In this document: piece after piece, positions 12,773 through 27,753 of the stretch
Position numbering within the stretch: position 1 is the first letter of the stretch
Layout: every line of letters begins with the position of its first letter
Assembly: GCA_965603825.1 (NCBI GenBank)
Contig: CBFDEM010000043.1
Coordinates: forward strand, 496,001 to 560,000
Origin: Blepharisma stoltei ATCC 30299
Taxonomy: Eukaryota > Protista > Ciliophora
DNA: 64,000 nucleotides
Reading direction: 5' to 3'
Notes under the pieces: model-generated
Database searches by the model: none
Told to the model about the DNA's origin: nothing
Seen by the model: the letters and a program-made list of their open reading frames with translations, nothing else
Program-made: the position numbers and the translations under genes

Positions 12773-15700
12773 ATGAATATATGGACTTTTACTCTTTTCT
12801 CGCTCTCTACAATTCTTTTAAGTGCTAGCGTTTTGGAAATATTTCCAAAACAATGCTCGCAGTATTTTTATGATAACTTAAAGTCAAAAGAAGTCTTACT
12901 TCCAGAGGCAGTTTTAAGAGAAGAAAATCATGGGACTTTTAGTATTTCTTTGTGAATGAAATTAATTGATATTACCAAGTCAGGTACAATTTTTACAATG
13001 AAGATTGCAGAGTAATTAGTAAGTAGAGAAGAATATATTTATTCACCATCCCTCATATATTATAAGAGTTCTCCAATGCGATATTTAAACTTCAGCGCGA
13101 CTCAGAAAAGCCAAACCTATGAGCCATTTTCGCTTTCTATTGTAAATTTTATATAGGCTCCTAGTGATAATTGGATATTTGTAGCAGTCTCATTAAGTTA
13201 TGAGAATAAGTCAATACTGCTTTATTATAATAACAAAGGGGTTGAATCCCATATTACAGGTATTCTTGATTTGGGAATTTCATTAAATTTTGAATCTTCC
13301 ATCACATTTGAGGGTCCGGCAACTTTTAATGGTGCAATCAGTGATTTTAGGATCTATAACAACATATATAACCAAGTTTCTGACTGAAGCTTTCAATACT
13401 TATCATCCTGTGCAGCAGAAACTTGTTCAAGCTTATCTGCAAGTGTCAGCTATGGGAAATGTGACTACCTATGTGCATCTCAAACTGAATGGTTTTTTCC
13501 AGCATTTCTTCCTGCTTTATATTCAGCTACTCCTTATATAGAAATTTCAGATAAAGCTTATTCTAATGTTGGACGTACAATTAATGTCCCAAATAGCGAG
13601 TGAAATGATTATTCTGTTACAGGGTGAGCTCAGTTTTCAGATTGCCAAGAAAAAATCGGAACATTTTTTTATCTCCATGATAATTGGGAAGAAAATTTAT
13701 TATCAATACAGCTAATCAATAGTACAAATACAAGCCACTGTGATATGCTAGAAGCTACGATATGAAGCACAGATGGAATAGATATAGCCAATGATACGGC
13801 AACTATAATTAGCTCAAGCTATATTGGAAATTGGTTCTTTTTTGCTGTGACTGTTAACTCTGGATCAAAGCTACTGACCCTTTATTCCCAAAATGGGGCA
13901 AACCCTCCATCTACTAGTGACCCTCTGATTTCATCTTCAATTACTTATACTTATGTAGCAAAAGCATATTCGTATGAAAAATCTACTTTAATTGGAGGAA
14001 AAGGGATTGAAATTTATAAAGGAAATTATGCGGATTTTAGGATTTACCCTGGGAGCAGTATTGATACCATTTTGACGCAATATAATTGCAATTTATACAG
14101 TGCAGCTACTTATCTTGACCCTCACTGCACATCTTGATCCTCAATTTGGTATTGCAGCACCTGCGAAACTGGCTATTTTATTAAAAATGGACTTTGTCAA
14201 AGTAATTTATAAGTAGAATGTCATCCTTCATGTGCTGCCTGTAGCTCAGAAGATACAGAAACAGATTGTTTAAGCTGTGCAAGTGGTTATTATTCTCAGC
14301 CAGGCCATCCTTCTATGTGTTTAAATTATTGTCCATTAGGCTACACATGAAATTTTCCTCTTAAACAATGCACAGGCGCCAAAGGAACTATAGCAAACAT
14401 TAATTTTGATAATAATCTCTCAGGGAACTTCATTTTTTCGAATTTATATTTGATATTAGGAATAAGTTCTGATGATTATTACCCAGAATTTGAGTTCCTC
14501 GATCCTTTGCCTGCTAACAAAAGAGGATTATTTTTAAGTCAAGGAATAATTAATTTTGAGCCACAGTCTTCTAATCAAGCTGGACGACTTTTTAGCTCTG
14601 AATTTACTTTAGAAGCATGAATTATAGTTAAGTCAAGTGGCTGTTTTTACTTATCAAAATCATATTATGAAGATTTATATGGACTTAACAAGTCTAAATG
14701 ATTATTGAAATTTGGGATAAATCGAAATGGTAGCCTTGAACTTTTCATAGAAAGAGATGACAAATATATTCAAGAGTATTATTCTCCTCAATGGTTGAAC
14801 TCAGGAAATTCACCTGAATGGGCGTTTTACTCAATTTCTTTTAAATATGATGATATAGCAAAGTCAACTGAAATATTATTGGTCAAAAATACCAATTTAT
14901 TTACTGCTGCAATGCCTAACTATAATAAAGAATTTCCTGGAATAACTCATACTGTAGGATCAGTAGGCTATGGGCAATCAATTTTTGGATTTTTGTATAG
15001 CCTTGCAATGTATAACTATGGGAAAAACTATAATGAATTAAAGATGAGTTTAGGGGCTTGTGATTCGTGCAGCGCTTGCCCAGCTGTCTTGAAGTCTTGT
15101 TTGCCAACTTGTGGTGAAACTGAATATGTAGATGAGAATGGAAACTGCCAAAAGTGTCCAAGTGAATGCTCATGAATATGCTCAAGGGCTGGGACTTGCA
15201 ATCTTTGCTATGATGACTTGTGCTATAAATGCACTAAATATGAAATTGGAACTTGCATCAAGTGTGTTGAGAATGCAGTTCTTAGTAGTGGACAGTGTGA
15301 ATGCCAAAGTGGATATATTAAGCAAGAATCTCAATGTGTAGAGAAATGCAGCGATGGGTTTTATTTGGATGAAAGCACTCAGTCTTGTATTAGCTGCCTT
15401 AGCAATTGTTCAAAGTGTAGCAATGTAGAAAGCTGCACAATATGCAAGACAGGATTTATTGAGCGAAATGGAAAATGTGAGTGCTCTGATGGGCATTTTT
15501 TAGACTCTTCAAATAACTGCTCAAAATGTGATATTTCCTGCTTGACTTGCTCAATTGATTCCTCAAATTGCTTATCTTGTACAGGAGATTTGCCTATTGT
15601 CTTTAATAAAAAATGCTACCCATGTGAAGCATTTGAGGGATTTTCAGATTTATTTTCAGTTCCTATTTCATACTTTACAGATGATTTATGGTCACGATTA

Positions 15701-17473
15701 TCATCTAAATGCATTGAAACTTGTGGGGATGGAAGAAATATGGGACAAGCTCAATGTGACGATGGAAATAATAAAAATGGAGATGGCTGCTCTGAGAATT
15801 GTACAATAGAAACTGGGTGAACTTGCTCTGGAGGCAGTATAAGTTCTCCTGATATATGCAAAGATATAATTCTGCCTTGACCATTTCTTGCATATTTATC
15901 CGAAAATGACTCAGGCTATCTTCTTGCGTTATCATTCTCAGAAAAAGTAAATATGACCTCTGATTTATCAGAAAATATTAAAATTACAATTGATGGGATA
16001 GAAATGTTTTCTTGGGCTATTTCATTAGAAAAATCAATTTATGAAGTAACGTTAAATTTATATGAAAGCGTAGAAAGTGGGACAGGTGTGACAATCAACT
16101 TTATTAATCCTAGTGAAATTACTGATACAAGTGGCAATCAAATGAAAGAGAAAAAGGTAAAATCAATTTTGCTTGCTCCATTCACATACAAAACTGCAGA
16201 AGCTATGGAAACTTCTGTTACAACTGCAACCACAGTTGCAGCTGCAGGAGCGGCTGCGGGATCTATATTTACAGGATCTTTTAATTTGCAAGCATTTTGG
16301 AGTATGCTTGAAATAATGCAGATACAAAATTACTTGATATTTTTATCTCCAAAATACCCTAATAATCTTATCACGTATCTTCGTGCCTTAAGCATAGCAA
16401 ATGGAAACTTTTTACCTAATCCTTTTCAACTGTATTTAGTAAAAAATGACCCGTTTCCTGATCCTCCACAAAAGTTTGCAGATGAAAATTTTAATACAGA
16501 TTTCCTTATGAATGCTGGCCAATTTGTAGCAGTTTGGGCTATTATTTTGACTGGTCTCCCTATTTGCATAATTTTATATAAAATAAGGCCAAGCTTACCA
16601 ATCATAAGATGACTAAACAACTCATTTTTCTATGCTATTTTACTTAGAACTGGAATCGAGTCATTTTTAGAAATCACGCTTTCAGTCCTTCTGCAATTAA
16701 GAGAGTGCTCACAGCCAAACCAAGATATTGGCTATCTTTCATTGATTTTAAGTTTTTTAACCATACTTTACCTGGTCTCTACTTTTGCTCTTATAGTTTG
16801 GCAAGTAACGTTAAAGCCTAAAGGACTGCTTGGAACAAAGTTGCATGAAAGAAGATTTGGAGTATTGTATCAAGGATTTAAAAGAGATTCTAAACTAAAA
16901 GCATCATTTTTGCTATTCCAAAATATCCGCAGAGTCCTGCTTCTAATTTTTTGTGTGTTTTTATACGAGCACACAACTGCTCAAGTTTTATTATCAGCAT
17001 CCTTATCATTAACCTATACAGTTTTACTAATTGTACTGAAACCTTACGAGCAGAGATATTTAGGGAATTTTCTAAATACAATCTGTGAAATTTTATATTT
17101 TGCTGCTCATTGCATAATACTAAAATTTTTAGATAACCACATATCTGATGATTATAGAACAAATCTTGGCTGGGCAATAATTGCACTCTTAAGTACTTAT
17201 TTGCTACTCCATATAGTATGTCTCCTTATCATTCAGATCACAAATTTAATACAAGGAGTCAAACAACTCAAAAATTGATTTCTGCAAAATTTTGCAAATA
17301 AATTTTTGAAAGCCAAGAGAAGAATATTTATGAATGAAATAGAATCTAGTGACCTGAATAAAGAAGTAAGCAAAGAACTAAAAGCAGAAGAAATTTGTGA
17401 AGAAAAAGTTTCAAGAATTCACACTGATGGCAATTTTCTAAATATTGATACTAGTGGGGATAGTTATTCATAG
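12773..17473 (+). CDS. Copy 3, ~1551 aa; introns 13012-13026, 13142-13156, 14202-14216
   Basis: Single frame with TGA=Trp. Divergent N-half; the C-half from ~15000 is nearly identical to copy 1. Stop TAG 17471-17473. Confidence 0.87.
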
Positions 17474-17777
17474 GATAAGAATCTAGAATAGCGATTTCAA
17501 GATAAAAATAATTAATTTTTGTCTTATAATTAATATAATTTTTAAATAGCATATGAAATACTGATTAAGATGCTGCAGGAGTTGTTTCAGATGCTATAAT
17601 TGATGCAGCGCTACTGGATATGATGCTGAAGTTGTTGATAAAATCTTGCTGAAATTGCTGGTTAGAAAATTGTACGAACTTTGAGCTTTTTAAAATTTCT
17701 TAGTAATTTAAGAGTTAATAAAAATATAAAATAAAAACAAAATATTAAATACAAAAATCTTTAAGTTTATAATATAT

Positions 17778-20700
17778 ATGGCTTGGATATTTCTTCTTTT
17801 CTTTCTCCACCTTGGCGTAAATGCAATTTCAAGTGTTTCCTCAATCTTTCCCCCTCAATACTCTCATTATTTAAACGAATATACTGAGATTGACATAAAG
17901 CTTACAGAAGCAATCTTGTCAGGTGAAGAAATTCAGCCAAGCTTTGGAATTTCCTTTTGGGTCAAAATATATGATATAACAAGGGATCGATTTATATTTT
18001 TAATAGACCAATCAAAGTCGAAATATAAATCAAATTGAAAAGCTCAAACTTATCTTTCTCTTAGAAATTCATATATTTTGGCATCATCATCTTTTTACTT
18101 CGTTTTAGAGTGGGAACAAGAAAATGCTGATCTCTCATCAATTTTGAAGCTATCTTATGTAAAAATAACATAGACTCCTTCTGATAACTGGATATTTATC
18201 GGAATATCAGCGAGCACAGAAAATAAATCTTGCCTTTTTTATTATAATAATTTAGGAACCGAGTCTTACATTTCAGAAGATTTTGATATAGAAATATCAA
18301 TACCTGTCAACTCACACTTGCAATTTTTAAAAATTTACAATTTAAAAGAAAGAATTAGTGATTTTAGGATCCACAATAACATTTACAACGAAGTTTATGA
18401 CTGAAGGCTGCAATATTCCTCATCTTGTGCCGGAGTAAGCTGTGCAAGTTTGTTTCCAAGCATAGATTATGGAAAATGTGGCCAATGGTGTGCTTCACAA
18501 ACTGAATGGTTTTTTCCTTTATTTGAGCCCAAATTATATGCAAATGCGCCTTATTTATCTTCAAATGATTTGCCATATTATTTTGATAGACAATCTTTGT
18601 TACATAATGATGTTTCTGTACCTACAAATGGATGAAGCGACTATTCAATTACAGGCTGATTTCAATTTTATATATGTAAAGAATCAACTTTTTTTCAAAT
18701 TCAAAATTCTTCTAAGATATATTTACAAGTAAATTTGGCGACTAGCACAAGCGATTGTGATATGATGAAAGCTAAAATATATAGCACAGATGGGACTAAT
18801 ATAGCTTATGATTCAACTGCCATTAATGGAACAAATTATATTGGGAATTGGATTTTCTTCGCTATCACTATTAATTCTAGCCTTAAATTGTTAAAAATTT
18901 ATACTCAAAGTAGTCCCAACCCTCCATCGACTACTTACCCTCTAGTTTCATCTTCAATTACTTATACATATACAGTACGAGCTTTTACTTCTGATAAAGA
19001 TATCTTTTTTGGAGAATATCTAGGAAATTATGCAGACTTTCGATTTTATCCTGGAAACAGCATAGATGCTACTTTAATTGAATATAATAACAACATATAT
19101 AGTGCTGCTACCTATCTTGATCCTTATTGTACATCATGATCCTCAATTTGGTACTGCAGTGCTTGTGAAATTGGCTATTATGTTAAAAATGGTATATGTA
19201 AAAGTAATTAATAAATAGAATGCCACCCTTCATGTGTTGCATGCAGCTCTGATGATACAGAAACAAATTGTTTAGGCTGTGCAAGTGGATATTATGCTCA
19301 GCCAAACCATCCTTCTACATGCTTTGATTATTGTCCATTAGGCTTTACTTCTGACTCTGCTTTAAACCAATGCACAGGAACTCAAGGCTATATTGCAAAT
19401 ATCAACTTTGACAACAATCTACTGCTGGATTATAATGCATCCACTCTCAAATTAATAGATTCTTTTAAGCCTGACAATCAAAATTATCATAGTTTGTTTC
19501 CAGCCAATAAAAGAGGAGTCTATATAGGTGCATTATGAGCTGATCAATTTGTGCTAGAAGAATCAACACAAAATAGAAAGATTCTAGGCTCTGATTTTAC
19601 GATTGAATTTTGAGTGATGCTATTTAAATCAGACTCTCAATCATTTTTCAGTACTCAAATAGATAGATCAGGCGAAGTATATATTAATTTTTGTAAATAT
19701 TATGAGAAAAATCTTAGTATTAATATCCTTACCAGAGAATCTTCGAAAATTGAAGCTATTTTATATGAAAATGAATCGAAAAATAAAGAATGAGCTTTTT
19801 ATTCTGCTTCAGTATCCTTTGATGATTCATATAAACACACTCAAGTTACTCTTGTTTGGAATGAAAAATATGAAGTAAAAATAGCTCCAAGCTACTACAA
19901 AGAAGCTTCTGGCATACAATATTTGCTAGGATCAGGATTAAATGGGTTTCTGTATAGTTTTGCGCTATATAATTATGGAAAAAACTATAATGAGATCCTG
20001 CTAAGTCTAGGCACTTGCAGTTCTTGCTCTGCTTGCCCAGGAATCTTAAATTATTGTTTGCCAACTTGTGATAAAACTGAATACGTGGATAATGATGGAA
20101 ATTGCCAGAAATGTCCAAGTTCATGCCATGGTATATGCTCAAGAGCTAGCAGTTGTAACCTTTGTTATGACGATTTATGCTATAAATGTACTAAATATGA
20201 AATTGGTGCTTGCATTCAGTGTGTTGAGAATGCAACTCTAAAAAATGGACAATGTGGATGCCAAAATGGATATAAAAGGCAAGGTGTGCAATGTTTAAAA
20301 GCATGCAATGATGGATATTATTTTGATCTAATCACAAAAGAGTGTCTTAGTTGCCCTATCAACTGCCTAAAATGCGGAAATGGGAATACTTGCATAGTAT
20401 GCAAAAGTGAGTTGAATTTATTAAATGGGAAATGCATGTGTGCAGATGGATATTTTAGCGATTCTTCAAATAAGTGCCTAAAGTGTGACATCTCATGCTC
20501 GAATTGCTCAATTATTTCTTCAAACTGTACTTCTTGCATATCAGATTTACCTATTCTCTATGATTCGAATAAATGCTATCCATGCAATTCATTTGAAGGC
20601 TACTCTATTGATTTTGCCATTTCGATTTCTTATTTTACAGATGATTTAAGGTCACAATTATCTTCTAATTGCATTGAAATTTGTGGAGATGGAAAAAATA

Positions 20701-22418
20701 TGGGGCAAGCTCAATGCGATGATGGAAATAATGCAAATTGAGATGGCTGTTCTTCTAGCTGTAAAATAGAAACTGGCTGATCTTGCTTTGGAGGGAATGC
20801 AAATTCTCCTGATGTGTGCAAAGACACAACTCCGCCTTATCCAATCTTTGCGTACTTAAGCAAAAATGATTCAGGCTATCGCCTTACTTTATCATTTAAT
20901 GAGCTTGTTACATTTGGTATTGAAATCTCTAAAAATATTGAAATAGAAATTGAAAATTTAAAATTTGACTGATCTATTACTAAAGAAAACTCAACATATA
21001 TAATTGATTTAGATATTCATGAAGATGCATCAGCTGGGACAGTCGTAAAATTAGAATTCATAAATCCTAATTTAATTATTGATATGAATGGAAATGAAAT
21101 GCAAGAAAAATCAGTTTCTACAAAATTAATGGTATCTTATTCTTATACAACAGGCCAAGTAATATCTTCTTCAGTTACAACAGCAGTAACAACTACCATA
21201 AGCATTTCTCTAGTTGTTTCAATATTATCTGCATTTTCTATAGGATTTGTTGACCTGCAATTGACATGGTGAATGATTGAAACTATGCAGATCCAAAATT
21301 ATTTGATATACTTATCACCGAAATATCCTGAAAATTTCTTATCATATCTAAAAGCACTTGGAATGGCAAATGGGAGATTTTTGCCAAACCCGTTTAAGAG
21401 ATATTTAGTAAAAACTGACCCTTTTCCAGACCCTCCACAAAATTTTGTTGATGAAAATCTAGACACAGATTTTCTTATGAACTATGGGCAATTTCTATTG
21501 GTTTGAACTGCTATTTTAATAGGATTGCTTATTTCTTTGATACTATTTAAATTAAGGCCAAGCGTTTCAATAATAAGATCCCTTAAAAGCTTATTTTTAT
21601 TTTCAATTCTCCTTAGAATTGGAATTGAGTCCTTCCTGGAAACTACACTTTCAACTTTTCTCCAATTAAGAGAATTTTCATTGCCAAGCCAGCATATCGG
21701 CTACCTTTCCTTAGCTTTGAGCATTCCGGCAGCAATTTATCTTTTATTGTTTTTTGTGCTTATTATTTGCCAAATTACATTGAAATCTTCAGAAACGCTC
21801 AATAAAACACCACATGAAAGACGATATGGAGTGCTATATGCAGGATTTAAAAGAAACTCTAAATTTGCAGCATCATTTCTTTTATTTCAAAATATCCGCA
21901 GAGTTATTTTGGTTTCCTTATGTGTATTTTTATATGACCATGTAATTTTGCAAGTGGCTTTTTTAGTAATTTCATCATTTATTTATACAGCTTTATTGAT
22001 ATTATTGAGACCATATGAAAAATCGGTTTTAGGAAACAGCCTGATTATAGTTTGCGAAATTTTTTACTTTTCTTCGAATTGTTTAATACTGAAGCTTTTA
22101 GATGATGATTTATCTGATGATAATCGAACAAATATTGGGTGGGGTCTAATATCTTTATTAAGCTTTTCTTTGCTACTTCATATAATATCTATTCTTATCA
22201 AATTGGTCCAAGAAATAAAAAAGCTATATGATTGATTTTTAAAAAGTTTTGCAAATAAATTTGTTATTAGAAAAAGAAGAGTCATTCTGAATGAAATTAC
22301 ATCGCATAAACCGAACCAGGAATGAAATCAAATAATGGAAGACAAATCCTTAAAAATTCATGGTCTTGATCATGATTCTACTGTGGCACAATGCCAAGAG
22401 CAAAGAAGCATCCAGTAG
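17778..22418 (+). CDS. Copy 4, ~1536 aa; introns 18159-18173, 19204-19218
   Basis: Single frame with TGA=Trp, lacks intron 1, stop TAG 22416-22418. Confidence 0.85.
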
Positions 22419-22948
22419 GAGACTAATGAAATAAAATAATTTAGATATAAATTTAATAATGAATCTAATATAATTAAATTTGAAAAAAGAGTCTCATAAA
22501 GGTAATGTCATTGTTGCAGAGCTAGGAATTTAAGTGCTAAAAAATAATTAGTATTGAGTAGGGTGATATTTGATAGAGTTGAGCTAAGAAAAATTTTAGG
22601 AATTTTCTTCTTTATTTTCTAGTTGATATCTAACAATAAATATTTCTCTTGCTGTTAAAATTGTATAAATTGATATTTATTAAATAGTTATTCATAACAA
22701 ATAAGCATATAGAAGTTTTATAACTGCTTAAAAATGCACTATTCTAATATAATTTTAGTGCCATTATATATTAATATTACTATTCCAAATTCACCTAAAA
22801 TCTGGCAACTTTTTATTTTTTGCAACCGTCTTGAGGTGCAAATATTTATAATATATTTTTGATTGATATAATAGCTCAAATTTTATATAGACAAGATTTT
22901 ATACTCACAATAATTAGCATTTTGCAGTTTCTTATTAATATTAGTAAA

Positions 22949-25900
22949 ATGAATGCTATGACCTATTGCATTTCTCTCCTATTCTTTGTAGAACTCAGCT
23001 GAGGAGCTAGTCCGAGTGTCTCTTATATATTTCCACCTCAATATTCTTATAATTTCGATTCATCATCTCTTCAAATCAAACTGAGCGAAGCAGTTTTAGC
23101 AGGAGACAGCATTCAGCAAAAATTTGGTTTTTCACTTTGAGTCAAAATGTTCCAGGTACTCACTCCTGGGAAAATATTTAGAATTCTCCAGCCTGATGCT
23201 AAAGAAAGTGATAATGAAGATTTTGTTAGTCTTTCTTATTCCCGCTTATCACATCAATTTACATTAGCATGGCTGAATTATGGGAACGAATTGTTTTCAA
23301 TACTAAATTTACCTTATGTATGCTTTATTTAGACTATCTCTGCGAATTGAATATTTATTGGAATATCAGCTGGCTTTGAAAATAGTCTTGCCTTTTTTAT
23401 TGCAATAATTTAGGATCAGAGTTCTATGTATCAGGATTTTTCGGATCAGAAACATCAATAAAAGTAAACTCATTTTTAATATTGGCAGGGAATAATGAAT
23501 TTAAATGAAGAATTGGTGACTTTAGGATCCATAATAATATTTATAACGAGGTTTCAGATTGAAAGTCTCAATATTCCTCATCTTGTGCTGCAGTTAGCTG
23601 TACAAGTTTATTTCCAAGCATAGATTATGGAAAATGCGATCAATGGTGCGAATCACAAACTGAAAAATTTTTTCCCTTGTTTTGTCCTGCTTTGTATTCA
23701 GATTCTCCTTATTTAACTGTATTTGATGAAGTTTACCAGTTTAACTACAGTAATAGCGTTTATTATGAGATAAACTCGGCGCTATGAGCTGACTTTTCGA
23801 TTACAGGATGGTTCCAATTTCAGTGGTGCTCATCAGGAGGCTTTACATTCTTAATGATATATAGCAAAAAATTATTTAAGGTCTATATTGAGTTAGCTCT
23901 AAGCTCATCTTCTTCTGACTGTGATAAGCTGGAAGCAACAATATATAGCACTGATGGCACTAATCATGCATATGACTCAGTATCAATAACTAGTTCAAGC
24001 TATATTGGAAACTGGTTCTTTTTTGCTATCACTCTTAACTCTGGCTCTAAATTATTGACCCTTTATAGCCAAAACGGCATTAATCCACCGTCATCACTTT
24101 TTCCGCTAATTTCATCATCTGTTACTTACACTTATGCGGCTTTACCATTTAATCATATTTATATGGATATATATATCGGTGGTTTTAACGATACAATTTC
24201 CCCTGGAGACTATGCAGATTTTCGATTTTACACTAATAATTTTATAGATACAACTTTATTGCAGTATAATAACAATATATATAGCGCAGCTACTTATCTT
24301 GATCCTCATTGCTTATTGTGGGCATCAATATGATATTGTGATATGTGCGAAACTGGGTATTTTCTTAAAAATGGGATCTGTCAAAGTAATTAATAAATAG
24401 AATGCCATTATTCATGCGCAGCATGCAGCTCTGGTGATACAGAAGCTAATTGTTTAAGCTGTGCAAGTGGATATTTTGCTCAGCCAGGCGCGTATTTTAT
24501 GTGCTTTAATTATTGCCCATATGGTTATGAATATGATTATTCTTTTAATCAATGTTCGGGTACTCCAGGATTAATTGCAAGCATAAATTTTGATGATAAT
24601 TTATCAGGAAAAATTGAAATTCCTGGAATAAAAGTGCAATTTGGAATGGAAGGAAATGATTATTACCCAAATTTCTATTTTTTAGATCCTTATCCAGCTA
24701 ATAAAAGGGGTTTATATTTTGATGGTTCGAGACATGTAGCTATAGAAGAAATTTTTCGATCTGGAGAGCTTGCAAGTATTGAGTTTACAATAGAAATATG
24801 AGCTATGCCTCTTTTAACTCTATATAAGAATTATCTTTTCTCAGCATCTACTGTTATACCAAGCTATCAATTTAGCAAAAATCTCTTAACTTATGAAAAT
24901 ATGAAAATTTATTTTTTAGATTTTTTTACAGAACCTGACATGCTTAAATTTACTATAAAAACTAAAGAAAATGATTCAGTGAAAACAGCTATGACACTTA
25001 CTGATAATATTATAAAAGAATGGAAATTTTATTCAGTTTCTCTATCTTTTAATAGTTTATCCAAAACAAGCCAAGTCCTTCTGCTAAGAAATACAAATTA
25101 TTATACAGAAACTATTTCAAGCTATTATAAAGAACCGCCTAGCATAGGTTACAGAGTTGGGAATGGAAATTCTGAAGTCTGTGCATTTAATGGATATATA
25201 TATAGCTTTGAAATGTATAACTATGGGAAAAGCTATAGTGAAATTATACAAAGGTTAGGCACTTGCAGCTCTTGTTCTGCTTGCCCAGCAGTCTTAAATT
25301 CTTGCTTGCCTATTTGTGATAAAGATGAATATGTAGATGAGAATGGAGCCTGCCAAAAATGTTCAAGTAAATGCTCATGAATATGCTCAAGAGCTGATAC
25401 TTGTAATCTCTGCTATGATGATTTATGCTATAAATGCACTAAATATGAAATTGGAGCTTGCACACAATGCGTTGCCCATGCTGTCTTAACAGATGGAAAA
25501 TGCAAATGCCAAAGAGGATATGTTAATCAGGATAATGAATGTGTAAACACTTGTGGAGATGGACACTATATTGATTTAAAGACTGAAAAATGCCTTAGAT
25601 GTCCTGATAATTGTCTTAAATGCAATGATGGAGATTCTTGCATTATATGCAAAAGTAGCTTTACTCTAAAAAATCGAAATTGCAGTTGCCCAGATGGTTA
25701 TTTTATTGGCTCTTCTAATAAATGCTTAAAATGTGACAATTCGTGTTTGACTTGCTCTGAAAATTCTTCAAATTGTACTTCCTGCACATCAAATTTGCCC
25801 GTTCTTTATGAATCAAATAAATGTTACCCTTGCGACTCATTTGAAGGTTATTCCACTTATTTTGCTATTTCTATATCATATTTTACTGATGATTTATTTA

Positions 25901-27753
25901 GTAAATTATCTTCAAATTGTATTGAAGTTTGTGGAGATGGAAGAAATATGGGACAATCTCAATGTGATGATGGAAATAATCGTAATGGAGATGGCTGCTC
26001 TTCTAGTTGTGCAGTAGAAATTGGATGGTCTTGCTTTGGAGGAAGTGCAAACTCTCCTGACGTATGTAAGGATATAACCCCGCCTACACCAGTTCTAGCA
26101 TATCTAAGTGAAAATAGTTCAGGCTACCTTCTTACATTAACATTTAGTGAAGCCGTTAATTTTGGGACTGAAGTTTCAAAAAACATCAAAATAGAAATAA
26201 AAAACACTTTAAAATTCAATTGGTCGATATCTGAAAAAAATTCTTTATATATTATCACTTTAAATATGCACGAAAGTGTGTCTGCAGGAACTAGTGTAAA
26301 GGTGACATTTAAAAATCCAAGCTCTATAGTTGATATGAATGGAAATGAAATGAAAGAAAGCTCAGCATCCACCAATTTGCTTGAATCTTTTGTTTATATA
26401 ACTGGGGAAGCTATCAAATCTTCAGTTACAACAGCAACAACAGTGACTGCTGCTAGTTCTGCTATAGGATCTTTGTCAGTAGGATTTCTTATGGGGTCTT
26501 TTAATTTTCAAGCTTTGTGGAGTATGGTCGAAATAATGCAAATCCAAAATTATTTGATATTTTTATCCCCAAAATATCCTGATAACCTTATATCATATTT
26601 AGAAGCACTTGGTATCGCAAATGGGAATTTTTTGCCAAATCCTTTCCAGCTTTATTTAGTGAAAAATGACCCATTTTCTGATCCTCCACAAAAATTTGTA
26701 GATCAAAATTTTAATACTGATTTTATTATGAACTCTGGCCAATTTATATTAGTTTGGGTTCTAATTTTACTTGGATTTCTCATAGCTTTGGTTTTATATA
26801 AGTATTGGCCTAGATTTTCAATTATCAGAAATCTTAAAAACTCATATTCATTTTCAGTCTTACTCAGAACTGGTATTGAATCATTTTTAGAAATCACCCT
26901 TTCAGTTCTACTTCAACTAAGAGAATTTTCCCATCCAAGCCAAGATATAGGATATATTTCATTGGCTTTGAGTATTTTAACACTTGTTTATCTTGTCTTA
27001 ACATTTGCACTTATATTTTGGCAGGTTACTTTAAAATCCGAACAAACACTCAATATGAAAATGCACGAACGGCAATTTGGATCTCTATATGAAGGATTCA
27101 AAAGAGACTCTAAGCTTTCAGCATCTTTTCTTTTATTCCAAAACTCACGAAGGGTTCTTTTTGTGGCTTTTTGTGTATTTTTGTGCGATTGTGCAACTGC
27201 TCAGATGGTACTTTCAGTCACATTATCATTTATATATACAATTTCTTTAATTTTACTAAAACCATTTAAAAGCTTGTACTTGGGAAATTGGTTGCATATA
27301 TCATGCGAAATATTTTATTTTATTTCACATTTCTTGATATTGAAGTTATTAGATGATAAAATATCGGATGATTACCGAGAAAATCTTGGCTGAGCTATAA
27401 TATCACTCTTGGGTATGTCATTGCTGCTTCATATTATATCAATCTTAATAGTCCAAACACTAAACTCGATAAAAGGAATAAAGCAATTTAACAGCTGATT
27501 CATGAAAAATTTTGCAAATAAATTTGCCAAAATCAGAAAAAGGGTCATTTTATTAAATAAAATAAAATCTGATGAACCAACAAATAGTGCAGAAGATATA
27601 AGTGAAAGCATGGCTTATTTTGAAGGAAAACCACCTGAAAAGTCAAATGAAGAGAGTATATGTAGACTTAGAAGCACAGGTGTGAAGACGAGTGATACTC
27701 TTTTTATTAACACTCATCAAAATCAATTTGAAATCACAGAGATGGAATCCTAA
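22949..27753 (+). pseudogene. Copy 5: full length but with a 1-nt frameshift at ~23385; introns 23318-23332, 24386-24400
   Basis: ATG 22949 starts a signal peptide. The sequence reads 'gaa aat ag tct tgc' where copy 6 has 'gag aat aga tct tgc', giving a premature TAG at 23411-23413. The rest is open to TAA 27751-27753. An assembly error is possible. Confidence 0.72.

Noticed and set aside
17560-17680. GC-richer low-complexity stretch (minus-strand QQFQQDF..ETTPAAS)
   Set aside because: Too short, with no start codon and no recognisable family.
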